Origin: Bdellovibrionota bacterium FG-1
GTDB lineage: Bacteria > Bdellovibrionota > UBA1018
Direction of reading: 5' to 3'
Length of the DNA stretch: 64,000 bases
Assembly (NCBI GenBank): GCA_051382295.1
Contig: JBBCAW010000033.1
Coordinates: 1-64,000, forward strand
Shown here: piece after piece, positions 39,200 through 49,227 of the stretch
Layout: the number at the start of each line of letters is the position of its first letter
How positions within the stretch are numbered: the stretch's first letter is position 1
Notes under the pieces: model-generated
Told to the model about the DNA's origin: nothing
Databases searched by the model: none
Seen by the model: only the letters and a program-made list of their open reading frames with translations
Translations under genes and position numbers: made by a program

Positions 39200-41140
39200 G
39201 TGTTTTTCAGGAAAAGCTCGGTGCATTTATGCAGTCAACTTAGCCGGCTTCGCGTCCTTGGCCGCTTTGGCCTATTGGCTCTGGCCGCGTTTTCCTTTTC
39301 GGCCTGCACCAATAACCTCACCATCAGCACCGGCACCTCGGCGACTTCCTCGGTCACCTCCGTAAATCCTAACTCCGGCACGGGCTCGGATAGCAATACC
39401 TCGGGACTCACCTTGAGTCGCGTGCAAAAAAACATTTACGACGCCGCCGGCACCCTGGACCTCTTAGGCGATGGCAGCGGGGCCATGGGGCAACTTTGTG
39501 CCGCCTCCCAAAGTGGAGGCAGCGCGACGGCCGCGGGACCGACCACCTGCACCTGCGCGTTTACCTATGTGAACGCCGCAGGATCGCAAATCGGCCCCGT
39601 CGAGGTCGATACCACTTATCACGAACAAGATCAGATTCGATGTCCCTATGCCACGATCCCTAGCGACGTCGCGTACTTCAAGGTCTACATCCATCTCACC
39701 AATTCAGACACCAAATCCAATGAGGTCACCTTTCGATTTACGGGGTCGGGGGTCTCGCTGGATTTAGCCAACTCACTGAGCTACTCCCAAGTTTCGCGGT
39801 TCCAGTGCCGAGATATCGTCACGATTCCTTATATGTGGGACAGTTCAGTTTACGATCCCCTGCTTTCCGAAGATCCTCGATTTTCTTATCCCCTTAATTT
39901 TTACACCACAAATATGGGTCGCGCCCTGGCCGTCTATTCCGGCGGAGATTCCTCCCGAGGCCTCACCGCCCCCACCGGATGGAATTGCCCGGCGATTCCA
40001 AATGATACGCGCACCGGCGTGGATCTCACTCTTTACAGCGTCGCGGCTGATTCGAGCGGCAGTAAAGCGATTTTTCCACCGGGGGGCAGTTTTGATCGCT
40101 CCACCTACTTTGTCGCCAAGGCTAAAAGTGGTGTCTTTGATGTGGCCGTGAATGCCGTGGCGCTGCCGGGGGTCATCACCAGCACGGCGGGAGATCCGCC
40201 ACCCGCAGCCCCGGGACAAAAAGCCGATCAGCCATCGGGATATCCACCCTTAGGATATGGCGCCCGCCCCATTCCACTCCAAGCGGGGGGCGAAACCTGT
40301 CCAGACGCTTCAACCACCATTCCACAGGGGTTTCATTGGGCTAAACTTTGGCTTTTCCGCAAGCAACTGCCTAAGCGCACCTACCCCTACAGCAATGCGC
40401 TCGCGCAGCTGGGCAGCATTAGCTGTAATCCGGCTCCTTGGAGCGGCAATAACGCATTCCCTACAGATACTCAATTTCCGGACTGCTCAGGCGCTTACTC
40501 GACCGCTAGTTTTGCCGGAAGTCCGAAGGGGATGATTTCGCGATTTTTTGAAGGAACCGGCATGTGCATGAAAGACGTCTATCCGGGGGGTACGACCAAT
40601 CCGCTTACGGGTATGAATTATGATGGAATTGCCGGTAATAGTGCCTCAATCCCCAATCAAGCAATCGGAATTGATTTCACCAGTGTTGCGCCTGGCACCG
40701 ATATTTACACGCCTAATAATAAAGACCCTCAATGGGGCTGCTCCGGCAGCACCAAAATCGATCCCACTCAAGTTTGCAATTCCAACAATGGCAATATGGC
40801 CTTTGATTCCAGCCCCACCCAGGGCAACATTGATACGATTCAAGCCGGCCCCCGCTTTGACTATCTTTTTGTAGTCACCCCGGTGACAGTCAACCGCTCG
40901 GATATGGACCCCACGGCCTCAAGTACGATTCATTCGATTTATACCCCCGTGCGATTCATGTCCCCCAGTGATTGTAAATCCTCTGATCCGGATCAACCCA
41001 AATTTCCGGGTGATTGCAACCCCAGTCGAATGTTACGTTATGAATTCAAAAAACACGAAGTCGGCGCCCCGGGTGATCCTGGGCAAGACGATGCCAACCG
41101 CCCTGGAGATTTTCCGGTATGCGTTTTACAACCCAATTGA
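39200..41140 (+). CDS. Cys-rich putative lipoprotein
   Basis: Lipobox FSAC, Ser/Thr linker, many Cys; G-rich RBS upstream. Confidence 0.8.
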   Translation: MFFRKSSVHLCSQLSRLRVLGRFGLLALAAFSFSACTNNLTISTGTSATSSVTSVNPNSGTGSDSNTSGLTLSRVQKNIYDAAGTLDLLGDGSGAMGQLCAASQSGGSATAAGPTTCTCAFTYVNAAGSQIGPVEVDTTYHEQDQIRCPYATIPSDVAYFKVYIHLTNSDTKSNEVTFRFTGSGVSLDLANSLSYSQVSRFQCRDIVTIPYMWDSSVYDPLLSEDPRFSYPLNFYTTNMGRALAVYSGGDSSRGLTAPTGWNCPAIPNDTRTGVDLTLYSVAADSSGSKAIFPPGGSFDRSTYFVAKAKSGVFDVAVNAVALPGVITSTAGDPPPAAPGQKADQPSGYPPLGYGARPIPLQAGGETCPDASTTIPQGFHWAKLWLFRKQLPKRTYPYSNALAQLGSISCNPAPWSGNNAFPTDTQFPDCSGAYSTASFAGSPKGMISRFFEGTGMCMKDVYPGGTTNPLTGMNYDGIAGNSASIPNQAIGIDFTSVAPGTDIYTPNNKDPQWGCSGSTKIDPTQVCNSNNGNMAFDSSPTQGNIDTIQAGPRFDYLFVVTPVTVNRSDMDPTASSTIHSIYTPVRFMSPSDCKSSDPDQPKFPGDCNPSRMLRYEFKKHEVGAPGDPGQDDANRPGDFPVCVLQPN

Positions 41141-43581
41141 TGAGGCATTCTCACTCGATTTTTTTAGCTCTGGGCGCGCCCTGGCTGGGGTTGACGCTCT
41201 TAGCATGCGTCAACACTCGAATTCCAACACTTTCTGACACGACCGCCAAAAGTACCGCGCCCGACCCCACCGCCTCAAGTGGCCCGACCGCCCAAGGAGA
41301 TAGTTTCAAAATTGCCAATGTGGCGATTGTCGGCGCCGCCGCCGCAAACGGAGGGGCAGCCGCACAATCCAGTGTATCCACCACGACGATTTATATCGAC
41401 CCCTCCAAGTCCACGGCAGTCTCCGGAGATGGCCCGCCGATGCTCTCCACTCATTGCGCGGTCGGAGGCAGTGCGAGCAGCGCGAATCCAAAATCCTGTG
41501 TCTGTCAGTTTTCCTGGAGCGAAACCAACGGGACCTCGGGCACCAGTGTCTCCACCCCTCGAAACGTGATCACGTCCGTGACCAACGCGCAGGCCTCGCT
41601 GGTCACGTGTGCCGCCCCGGACGTCTATAACACTGAGATTCAAGATGGTACGACCATCAAAGTCACCGTCACCGCCGGTCCCGGCAGTACGGAACAATTC
41701 TTTTTTACACCTTATAGCTATATCAAAAACAACAATCAGACCGTGGGTTCCTTTCGCGATGCCGAAGGGCACTCGTTTGACAACATCATGCACTATGCTT
41801 GCTATCAACAATACAAACGTGGCGCCGTGATCATGAGCAAAACCAACTTAGTGAACAACTCCAAAACGGGGGAACCGCGCGTCTATCCTTACGCTAACCA
41901 ATTTTGCGTTCAATCCAACGCCGCCGGGGGTGCGCAAGGTTGCGACCTTATGCCCCCCAGCGCGGACTACACGGCACAAGCTTATTATTACAATTTTTAT
42001 GTCCGCGGCACCGAGGCCGGCGACGTCAATCAATGGAATGACGGCTACGCCTGCCCCGTCATCAAAGAAGCCCTCAATAATCCGACCGGTAATGTAGGCG
42101 GGCAAGGCGCGGTTTGGCCCCTCGATACGAACTTCGCTCTTTCGCTCGGAAAAACTCCGGACTTTAACTATGGCGTCGATGCGTTTGTCGAACTGGCCAA
42201 CGGCGGCAGCGACCCCATCTCGGCAAGTGCCAAAAGCTGCAGCGGCAGCGCGTCGGCCGGAAACTCGTCCACCAATGGCTTTGTGCAAGCGTGTCTCGGT
42301 TTTGCTGCCAAACCCAACCCCGATGGAACTTGCCCCTACTTCAAGGACGCCTCGGGACAAATCCGGTTTACCTTTCGCCTTCGAAAATTGATCGCGATTT
42401 ATCCCCCGGTTTTTGGCATGGACGGCAAAGCACCGGCCACCTCGCAAGCTTCGGATACCATTTACGTACTGGATCGTCAGGTCAAATCACCCCTCGCCGA
42501 CCCGCTCAAACCTTACACCATGCGCGGCCCGAAACCGTGTCCCTTCGCCCTTTTTGACAAACTCGGCGTGACGGGGCAAGCCGATCCCCTGTATGGAAAA
42601 TACCAAAATGTGCTTCCGGGCTATAATGCAACTAGCAGTATCTTGTGGAACGGCACCAATGTCGATGGCACCCAATTTCCTAATACAGATTCCGCCATGT
42701 CATGCTCGATGGCGTTGCCACTTGTAAAAAGCGATCCTTTCAATTTTTCGCTCAACACCATTTCGCTCGGCACCGTCAACGCGAACAACCCGACTCTCCC
42801 CAGGCTCTATGTTCGACCCATTACGGCGTGGGCTCCTCATTATGAAGAGGATCTCGACTTTCAGGCTTGCGCCCCCCAGGCTCAGCCCCTTCGAGATCCG
42901 CCCCTTCACTTTGCCAAAGATCCCACCACCGGGAACGTCGCCTGGTGTGCCGAAAGTTATCCTAGTCAAAACGACAATGTGCCCAACTTAGATAAGGTCA
43001 CCGATCCCGCCTCGGTTTTAAGCGCAAACAACCCCTACATTGGCCACGTGCAGCCGTTTACTTCGCATGCGGTAAAAAATTCGGCCAGCGCGGCCTGTCT
43101 CGCGACGATTCCGGCGTCGATCCCCTCGAATGATAAAAATGGCAATCTTCGGTATCCAGCGGCGAGTGTCGCGCTATGCCCCGTCCCGCCGGCAATTCCA
43201 GCGCCCTCAAATGGCGTCGCCAGACATCCCACCGATTTAGTGGTGGATTCATATAAGGATGCAGCTAACGCAGAAATAAACACCTGCTCCAACAAAACTT
43301 GCGACCGCACGGCGATCCCGACCGGTGGTCAAATTTGGGCAAGTTTTCCACTTCTCGCACAGGCTTATCAAACCGAAAATGCGATCTCGTCTGATACGAC
43401 TTATGGATGTGTGGTCACCTGGGATGGAGGCGGCCCAAAAACAGGTAAAAAAACTCCTCAAGAGGGCTGCTGTGGCGCCAATGTTCAAATGAGAACAGGC
43501 CTCGACTCTGCACCTTACCCGTACAACCTGAATGCTCACCTCGAACCGGATACCGCTTGTCTAACCCCCAACCTCGATTAA
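41140..43581 (+). CDS. Cys-rich putative lipoprotein, paralog of the preceding gene
   Basis: TGATG overlap at 41138-41142; lipobox LLAC; shared Cys motif order. Confidence 0.8.
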   Translation: MRHSHSIFLALGAPWLGLTLLACVNTRIPTLSDTTAKSTAPDPTASSGPTAQGDSFKIANVAIVGAAAANGGAAAQSSVSTTTIYIDPSKSTAVSGDGPPMLSTHCAVGGSASSANPKSCVCQFSWSETNGTSGTSVSTPRNVITSVTNAQASLVTCAAPDVYNTEIQDGTTIKVTVTAGPGSTEQFFFTPYSYIKNNNQTVGSFRDAEGHSFDNIMHYACYQQYKRGAVIMSKTNLVNNSKTGEPRVYPYANQFCVQSNAAGGAQGCDLMPPSADYTAQAYYYNFYVRGTEAGDVNQWNDGYACPVIKEALNNPTGNVGGQGAVWPLDTNFALSLGKTPDFNYGVDAFVELANGGSDPISASAKSCSGSASAGNSSTNGFVQACLGFAAKPNPDGTCPYFKDASGQIRFTFRLRKLIAIYPPVFGMDGKAPATSQASDTIYVLDRQVKSPLADPLKPYTMRGPKPCPFALFDKLGVTGQADPLYGKYQNVLPGYNATSSILWNGTNVDGTQFPNTDSAMSCSMALPLVKSDPFNFSLNTISLGTVNANNPTLPRLYVRPITAWAPHYEEDLDFQACAPQAQPLRDPPLHFAKDPTTGNVAWCAESYPSQNDNVPNLDKVTDPASVLSANNPYIGHVQPFTSHAVKNSASAACLATIPASIPSNDKNGNLRYPAASVALCPVPPAIPAPSNGVARHPTDLVVDSYKDAANAEINTCSNKTCDRTAIPTGGQIWASFPLLAQAYQTENAISSDTTYGCVVTWDGGGPKTGKKTPQEGCCGANVQMRTGLDSAPYPYNLNAHLEPDTACLTPNLD

Positions 43582-44498
43582 CAAAAAACATTTTGCTTCA
43601 CGTCGAGGTCTGCAACCAACGCGCGGACCTTCTCATCCTCTCCGAACTTCGCAAAACCTTACCGGAGCTTTCGCGGACACGACTGAAAGAATTTTTTAGG
43701 GCTCAGAAAATTAGAATTCAAGGCCAGCCACTTGATCCCGCCCGCCTCATGAATGCCGGAGTCTATGAAGTCCAGATCGAGGATCTCCCACTTGAACCCG
43801 AAATAGCCAAAGCCTCCTCACAGGGAAGTTTTTTGCCGATCATTTACGAAGACGATGAAATGCTCGTCCTCAATAAGCGAACGGGCATTCCCTCGCTGCC
43901 CCATTCTCCAGACGAGACCGAAACCGCCGTCGGTGCGGCGCTCGCGCATTTTCCAGGCCTCGCTCAAATTGGGCCACGTCCTTTAGAACCCGGACTTTTG
44001 CATCGACTCGACACCGGCACCAGCGGCCTGCTCGCCTTTGCCAAGACTCCAGCAGCCTTTTTGAGACTCAAAGAGGCATGGAAAGAAGGGAAAGTTCAAA
44101 AAACCTATCGAACCCTGGTGAGACCCGAGAGCCCCCCCCTCCATCTCCCACTCACCCTTCAGCTAACTCTGGCGCATGACGTTAAAAATAAGAGAAAAAT
44201 GCGCGTTATTGAGACAAAAACCTCCCCCCACTCCTTTCGAGGCAAACCGCTTCCCACGCTCACGCATCTCATTCGAAAACACACCGCTCCAAATGAATTC
44301 CATGACTTAGAGATTGAAATTGAAACGGGCGTGATGCATCAAATTCGCTGTAGCCTCGCCCACCTAGGACTCCCCATTGTGGGAGATTCGACCTATGGCG
44401 GACCGCCCTCAGAGCGGCTTTGGCTCCATGCTTGGCGCCTCGAAATTCCCAAGACAAACGGTGCCTTGCTCAAACTAGAAGCCGAATTGCCTTGGTAG
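43557..44498 (+). CDS. RluA/RluD-family RNA pseudouridine synthase
   Basis: S4-like N-terminus; IIYED..LNK, LHRLDTGTSGLL, TGVMHQIR, PIVGDSTYG, LWLHA. Confidence 0.92.
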   Translation: MSNPQPRLTKNILLHVEVCNQRADLLILSELRKTLPELSRTRLKEFFRAQKIRIQGQPLDPARLMNAGVYEVQIEDLPLEPEIAKASSQGSFLPIIYEDDEMLVLNKRTGIPSLPHSPDETETAVGAALAHFPGLAQIGPRPLEPGLLHRLDTGTSGLLAFAKTPAAFLRLKEAWKEGKVQKTYRTLVRPESPPLHLPLTLQLTLAHDVKNKRKMRVIETKTSPHSFRGKPLPTLTHLIRKHTAPNEFHDLEIEIETGVMHQIRCSLAHLGLPIVGDSTYGGPPSERLWLHAWRLEIPKTNGALLKLEAELPW

Positions 44499-44527
44499 AC
44501 CTATTTTTTCGATGCTAGAACTACGAG

Positions 44528-45505
44528 GTGACCAAAACCCTTTGTATCGTTGGCTTTGGAAGCCAAGCTCAAGCCTGGACGCGTTGTCTCCTCGATGAGG
44601 GAGAAACCCAAGTCCAAGTTTATCTCGCCCGACAAAATGGCCCTTCCTTTCAAGCCGCTCAAGAACTCGGAATTGCCGCGCGCTCGGTCCAAAATCTTGG
44701 CCCAGACCTCCTCGCTTTACAGACGCAAAACCCCACTGAGCCTGCCCTCGTCGCACTCCTCTGTCCCGATTCTGTGATTGGATCGGTTTACCACGAGGTT
44801 CTTGCCCCGCTTTCGCTCCCCCTGACGATCGTTTTAGCTCATGGCTATGCGATCTATGCGGGCGATCTCAAACCCTCGCGCCCCGAACACCAAATAGCGC
44901 TCTTTGCACCTAAAGCCATTGGCCCGAAGATTTGGGCGCTTTTTCAACAAGCGAAAGCCGAGTCTTCCCCAACAAAAACTAGCTTTCATCGCTTGGTCGC
45001 GGGTTTTTATGCATCAGCTGAGCGCGCGCCCCAAGTGCGTGAACTTGCGCGACTCCTGCGCTTTGCACCGGAGCGTTTGGTACCGGCCAGCTTTGAAAAA
45101 GAAGCCATCGGAGACCTCCTTTCAGAACAAGGACTGCTTTGCGGCGGGGTTTTTACGCTTTTAGAATGGACCATTGAGGCCATGACCCGCGCCGAAATTC
45201 CCGCGGGCCTGATTCGCGAAGAATGCCTCACCGAACTCGAACTCATTGCAGGCCTGCTTCGAGAACGAGGACCGGCCGCCACCTTTGGAGCCATCAGCCA
45301 AGCCGCGCAATGCGGAGCAGTTGCCATGCGAGCACGTCTGGAAGCCTCGGGCGTACGAGCTCATTTTGATGCCCAACTCAGCGAAGTTTTGGACCGACGC
45401 TTTATCGAACGCTTTCGTGGAGAGACCTGGAAAGCGCAAGCCGATGCGTTTCAGCAAAAGCTTTTAGAACTTGAAAAGAACCTCTCAGGAGACCCTCTCA
45501 AATGA
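44528..45505 (+). CDS. Divergent ketol-acid reductoisomerase (IlvC)-like protein, probably acting as ketopantoate reductase
   Basis: GFGSQA, LAHGYAI, APKAIG, FEKEAIGDLLSEQGLLCGG, ECLTELELI; first gene of the pan operon. Confidence 0.75.
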   Translation: MTKTLCIVGFGSQAQAWTRCLLDEGETQVQVYLARQNGPSFQAAQELGIAARSVQNLGPDLLALQTQNPTEPALVALLCPDSVIGSVYHEVLAPLSLPLTIVLAHGYAIYAGDLKPSRPEHQIALFAPKAIGPKIWALFQQAKAESSPTKTSFHRLVAGFYASAERAPQVRELARLLRFAPERLVPASFEKEAIGDLLSEQGLLCGGVFTLLEWTIEAMTRAEIPAGLIREECLTELELIAGLLRERGPAATFGAISQAAQCGAVAMRARLEASGVRAHFDAQLSEVLDRRFIERFRGETWKAQADAFQQKLLELEKNLSGDPLK

Positions 45506-46296
45506 GCACCACTTTGGTCTGTAAACCCGTGACCGTGCCCTGGATTCGTTCACAAAAGGGCGTAGCTAAGATCACCATGCTGACCGCCTATGATTATCCC
45601 ACCGCGCTGATTTTGGACGAAGCCGGCGTGGATATCCTTCTCGTCGGCGACAGCGTGGCAACGGTGGTCTATGGCGAACCCAATACCCTGTCCGTCACGA
45701 TGGAAGATATGTTGCGACACACCCGCGCGGTTGCCAACGCCGCCAAACGCGCGATGGTCGTCGGCGATATGCCTTTTATGAGCTACCAAGTGAATCAAGA
45801 GCAGGCGATCACCAACGCGGGCCGGTTTTTAAAAGAGGCGCGAGCCCAAGCGATCAAACTCGAAGGAGGCACAGAGATGGCGGATACCATCCATGCCATC
45901 ACGCGAGCGGGAATACCCGTTATCGGGCACATAGGATTAACCCCTCAATCGATTCACGCGATGGGACCGTACCGAATGCATGGAAAAAATGAAGGCGAGC
46001 GGCGCTATCTACTCGATTCAGCCCGAGCCATCGTGCAAGCCGGGGCCTTTGCCGTCGTCTTGGAATGCGTGGAAGAAACGCTCGCTGCTGAAATCACCGC
46101 CGAATTGGACATTCCCACCATCGGAATCGGAGCCAGCCCCCGTTGCGATGGCCAAGTCCTGGTCGTCCATGATTTAGTCGGCCTCACCGGAGGGCATGTA
46201 CCTCGCTTTGTAACTCCCACCGCCTCACTTCGAGAACCCTTTCGCGAAGCGGTACGGGCCTTTATCCAGCGAACCACCGAAGCAGGCCATGCATGA
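45502..46296 (+). CDS. panB: 3-methyl-2-oxobutanoate hydroxymethyltransferase
   Basis: MLTAYD, LVGDS, GDMPFMSY, KLEGG, GHIGLTPQ, IGIGA...DGQVLV. Confidence 0.96.
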   Translation: MSTTLVCKPVTVPWIRSQKGVAKITMLTAYDYPTALILDEAGVDILLVGDSVATVVYGEPNTLSVTMEDMLRHTRAVANAAKRAMVVGDMPFMSYQVNQEQAITNAGRFLKEARAQAIKLEGGTEMADTIHAITRAGIPVIGHIGLTPQSIHAMGPYRMHGKNEGERRYLLDSARAIVQAGAFAVVLECVEETLAAEITAELDIPTIGIGASPRCDGQVLVVHDLVGLTGGHVPRFVTPTASLREPFREAVRAFIQRTTEAGHA

Positions 46297-47087
46297 TCTT
46301 GGCTGTGGACATCGGAAACAGCCAAATCGTCATGGGAATACCCCAGGCGGGGACCATCGAAAAATTTCGTATCCCCACCCACCCCATCAGCAGCCCGCTC
46401 GGGCTTCGCGCTCAAATAGGCCAGGCCCTCGCGACTCGGGGGCTGGATTTTTCGGATATTGAAAAAATGGTCGTCTCATCGGTGGTCCCCGAGGTCACGC
46501 ACCACTTGCGAGAGGCTTTTAGCCATGCCGAAGTCATCGACTGTCACTGGCCTTTTTCGATTCAACTCACGACAAAGCCCCCAGAAGAAACCGGCATTGA
46601 TCGTCTTGTGAATGCGGAGGCCGCCTGGCGTTTCTACGGAGGTCCGGCCATCATTGTGGATGCGGGAACCGCCACAACCATTGATGCCTTAAGCGCGGAT
46701 GGTACTTTTTTGGGCGGCGCGATCTTGCCCGGCATGGAAATGATGCGAGACGCGCTCGGTTCAAAAGCCGCGCAACTCTTTAGCGTAGACCTCAAGCCAC
46801 CTCACCAAGCCATCGGCGTCAATACCGAGCTCGCACTCCAAAGCGGCCTCGTCCTCGGATATGCTTCGATGATCGACGGCATGATTCGGCGCCTAAAAAA
46901 TGAAATGCAAAGCGATACGTCCAAGACCCCAGCGCCCCAGGTCATCGCCACCGGCGGCCTTTGTTCGATTCTCTTTGGACTTTGCTCTGAGCTTCCCCTC
47001 GTGGATGAACACCTCACCCTCAAAGGAATTTTTGCCCTCTATGAATCCTTTTGTGCTCGACCAGCTGAAACCCATACTTCAAAATAG
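46293..47087 (+). CDS. coaX: Type III pantothenate kinase
   Basis: VDIGNS, SSVVP, GIDR, IVDAGTATTID, GGAILPG, IATGG. Confidence 0.93.
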   Translation: MILAVDIGNSQIVMGIPQAGTIEKFRIPTHPISSPLGLRAQIGQALATRGLDFSDIEKMVVSSVVPEVTHHLREAFSHAEVIDCHWPFSIQLTTKPPEETGIDRLVNAEAAWRFYGGPAIIVDAGTATTIDALSADGTFLGGAILPGMEMMRDALGSKAAQLFSVDLKPPHQAIGVNTELALQSGLVLGYASMIDGMIRRLKNEMQSDTSKTPAPQVIATGGLCSILFGLCSELPLVDEHLTLKGIFALYESFCARPAETHTSK

Positions 47088-48291
47088 ACGGATTTTACTC
47101 GGGATTACGGGTAGCATTGCCGCCTTTAAGTCCTGCGACCTCATCCGTTTTCTTCGCCAGGCCGGTGCGCAGGTTCGCGTCGTCATGACCGAATCAGCAC
47201 AACGCTTTGTCACTCCGCTCACGCAGGAGACCTTATCAGGCACTCCCGTCAACGGCGGACCCGATCCGACCGGAACCCACCACATTGAAATGGCCAGATG
47301 GGCCGAGCTCGCCATCATCGCGCCCGCCTCTGCCAATACGCTAGCCAAACTTGCACACGGTTTGGCCGATGATTTACTCAGCACTGAACTTCTCGCTTTT
47401 CGCGGTCCCTTGATCCTAGCCCCGGCCATGAATCCCACGATGTATGAGCACCCAGCCGTTCAAGCCAATATCGAGACTCTTCGAAATCGCGGCGTGATTT
47501 TGGCGGGTCCCACTCATGGCGCAACCGCTTGTGGCGAGACAGGGCTGGGGCGCATGCTCGAACCTGAGGCCCTGCTCGAAACGATTGCGCATGCACTCAT
47601 CGATATTCAGGAGCGCCCGACGCGTGCTTCGCGCGCACCCGCAAAACGCATGCTCATCACGCTGGGCCCCACCCGCAGCGCCATCGACCCTGTTCGTTAT
47701 ATCACCAACCGCTCTAGCGGTCTGATGGGCGCGTCGCTCGCCTGGGCCGCCTGGCGTGCGGGTTACGAGCTCACCGTCATCGCAGGCCCCGTGCAGGTCC
47801 CCCTTCCGGAGAAAGCCCAGGTTTTTCGGGTTTTAACCGCGCACGAAATGCTGGAACGTGCTCAGAGCGAGTTTCCGAACTGTGAGGTCTTTGTTTCAAC
47901 GGCTGCGGTTTTAGATTGGGACGTCCGATCGCCTGCAAGCCATAAGCTCAAAAAGCACGGGCAACCTCTTTCGCTTGAGTTTGAAGAGAATCCGGACATC
48001 CTGGCCACTTTAGCGGCCGACAAACGTTCTCACCAATTTGTGCTGGGTTTTGCGGCCGAAACTCAAGACGTGGTTGCTGCGGGCACCCAAAAGCGCATCA
48101 AAAAACATTGCGACGCCCTTTTTGCCAATGATGTGTCGCTCGATCGCCAAGGATTCGAAAGCCCCCTCAATGGCGGCTGGTGGATTGACGCTGACCAGGT
48201 TTTAGAAGTTTCAGCCCGGCCCAAACCCGAACTCGCCAACTTCTTAATCCATTTGATCCAAGCCAAAGAGCAAAAAAGAGCGCTCCTATGA
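47041..48291 (+). CDS. coaBC: Bifunctional phosphopantothenoylcysteine decarboxylase/synthetase
   Basis: GITGSIAAFK, APASANTLAK, APAMN, ACGETGLGRM, IDPVRYITNRSSG, GFAAET; ATG at 47041. Confidence 0.95.
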   Translation: MNPFVLDQLKPILQNRRILLGITGSIAAFKSCDLIRFLRQAGAQVRVVMTESAQRFVTPLTQETLSGTPVNGGPDPTGTHHIEMARWAELAIIAPASANTLAKLAHGLADDLLSTELLAFRGPLILAPAMNPTMYEHPAVQANIETLRNRGVILAGPTHGATACGETGLGRMLEPEALLETIAHALIDIQERPTRASRAPAKRMLITLGPTRSAIDPVRYITNRSSGLMGASLAWAAWRAGYELTVIAGPVQVPLPEKAQVFRVLTAHEMLERAQSEFPNCEVFVSTAAVLDWDVRSPASHKLKKHGQPLSLEFEENPDILATLAADKRSHQFVLGFAAETQDVVAAGTQKRIKKHCDALFANDVSLDRQGFESPLNGGWWIDADQVLEVSARPKPELANFLIHLIQAKEQKRALL

Positions 48292-49139
48292 CCCCGACGA
48301 TCATAAAATCGCCAGTGGAGATGCGAGCCTGGCGCCGCGCACTTGCGCCTGAGCTTCGAGTCGGGATGTTCCCCACCATGGGGGCCTTACATCGCGGCCA
48401 CGCTGAACTCCTCCACAGGCTTCGCGAAAACTGTGACCGCCTCGTGCTTTCAGTTTTTGTGAACCCCACCCAGTTTGCGCCCCACGAAGACCTGGATAGA
48501 TACCCGCGGACTTTTGACCTTGATCTTCGCCTTGCGGCCGCTTGCGGGGTGGACGCCATTTTTTTTCCAGATACTCAGACGATGTACCCGCTGGGATTTT
48601 CAACTTATGTTGAAGAAACTTCACTCACCCAAGGCCTCTGCGGCCCCTTCCGTCCCGGCCATTTCCGTGGCGTGACCACCGTGGTCCTCAAACTTTTCAA
48701 CCTCGTGGAGCCGCATTTGGCTTATTTCGGGTTAAAAGACGCCCAACAATTCTTTGTGCTGCGAAAGATGGTCCTCGATCTTAATCTCCCTCTTTCGATT
48801 GAGGCTCTGCCTACCGTCCGGGAGCCCGATGGCTTAGCCCTTTCATCGCGCAATCGTTACCTTTCACCGGATGAGCGCACGCGAGCCCCCGCGCTTTACG
48901 CGACCCTGCAGACGGCAGCGGCTAGCATCATTCAAGGACAGGGGATTGAACCCACACTCACCCAAGCACGCACCACCTTGGAGCAGCAAGGATTCAAAGT
49001 CCAATACATCGAGTGCGTGAGCGTTCCAGATTTGCACCCCCTGGGGCCGCCACCACGCGCTGAAAATCAAGCAGCGATGATCGCGGTAGCGGCCTATTTA
49101 GGGTCAACACGGTTGATCGATAATATTTTAATAAGTTAG
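48288..49139 (+). CDS. panC: Pantoate--beta-alanine ligase
   Basis: PTMGALHRGH, SVFVNPTQF, RPGHFRGV, FGLKDAQQ, REPDGLALSSRN, RLIDN. Confidence 0.96.
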   Translation: MTPTIIKSPVEMRAWRRALAPELRVGMFPTMGALHRGHAELLHRLRENCDRLVLSVFVNPTQFAPHEDLDRYPRTFDLDLRLAAACGVDAIFFPDTQTMYPLGFSTYVEETSLTQGLCGPFRPGHFRGVTTVVLKLFNLVEPHLAYFGLKDAQQFFVLRKMVLDLNLPLSIEALPTVREPDGLALSSRNRYLSPDERTRAPALYATLQTAAASIIQGQGIEPTLTQARTTLEQQGFKVQYIECVSVPDLHPLGPPPRAENQAAMIAVAAYLGSTRLIDNILIS

Positions 49140-49142
49140 CCT

Positions 49143-49217
49143 TCAGCGTTCAGCTATCGGCTATCAGCAATAGGCAATCAGTTTTTGATTGGCTGACAGC
49201 TGAGTGCTGAACGCTGA
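49143..49217. repeat. Second heptamer-repeat hairpin (TCAGC/GCTGA family) between convergent panC and nrdJ
   Basis: TCAGCGTTCAGC ... GCTGAACGCTGA perfect 12-bp inverted repeat with further ctatcagc/gctgacag units. Confidence 0.75.
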
Positions 49218-49227
49218 TGAATGATCC

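Noticed and set aside
46900..47040. N-terminal extension of CoaBC in the ORF track
   Set aside because: Lies inside coaX; homology begins after the ATG at 47041
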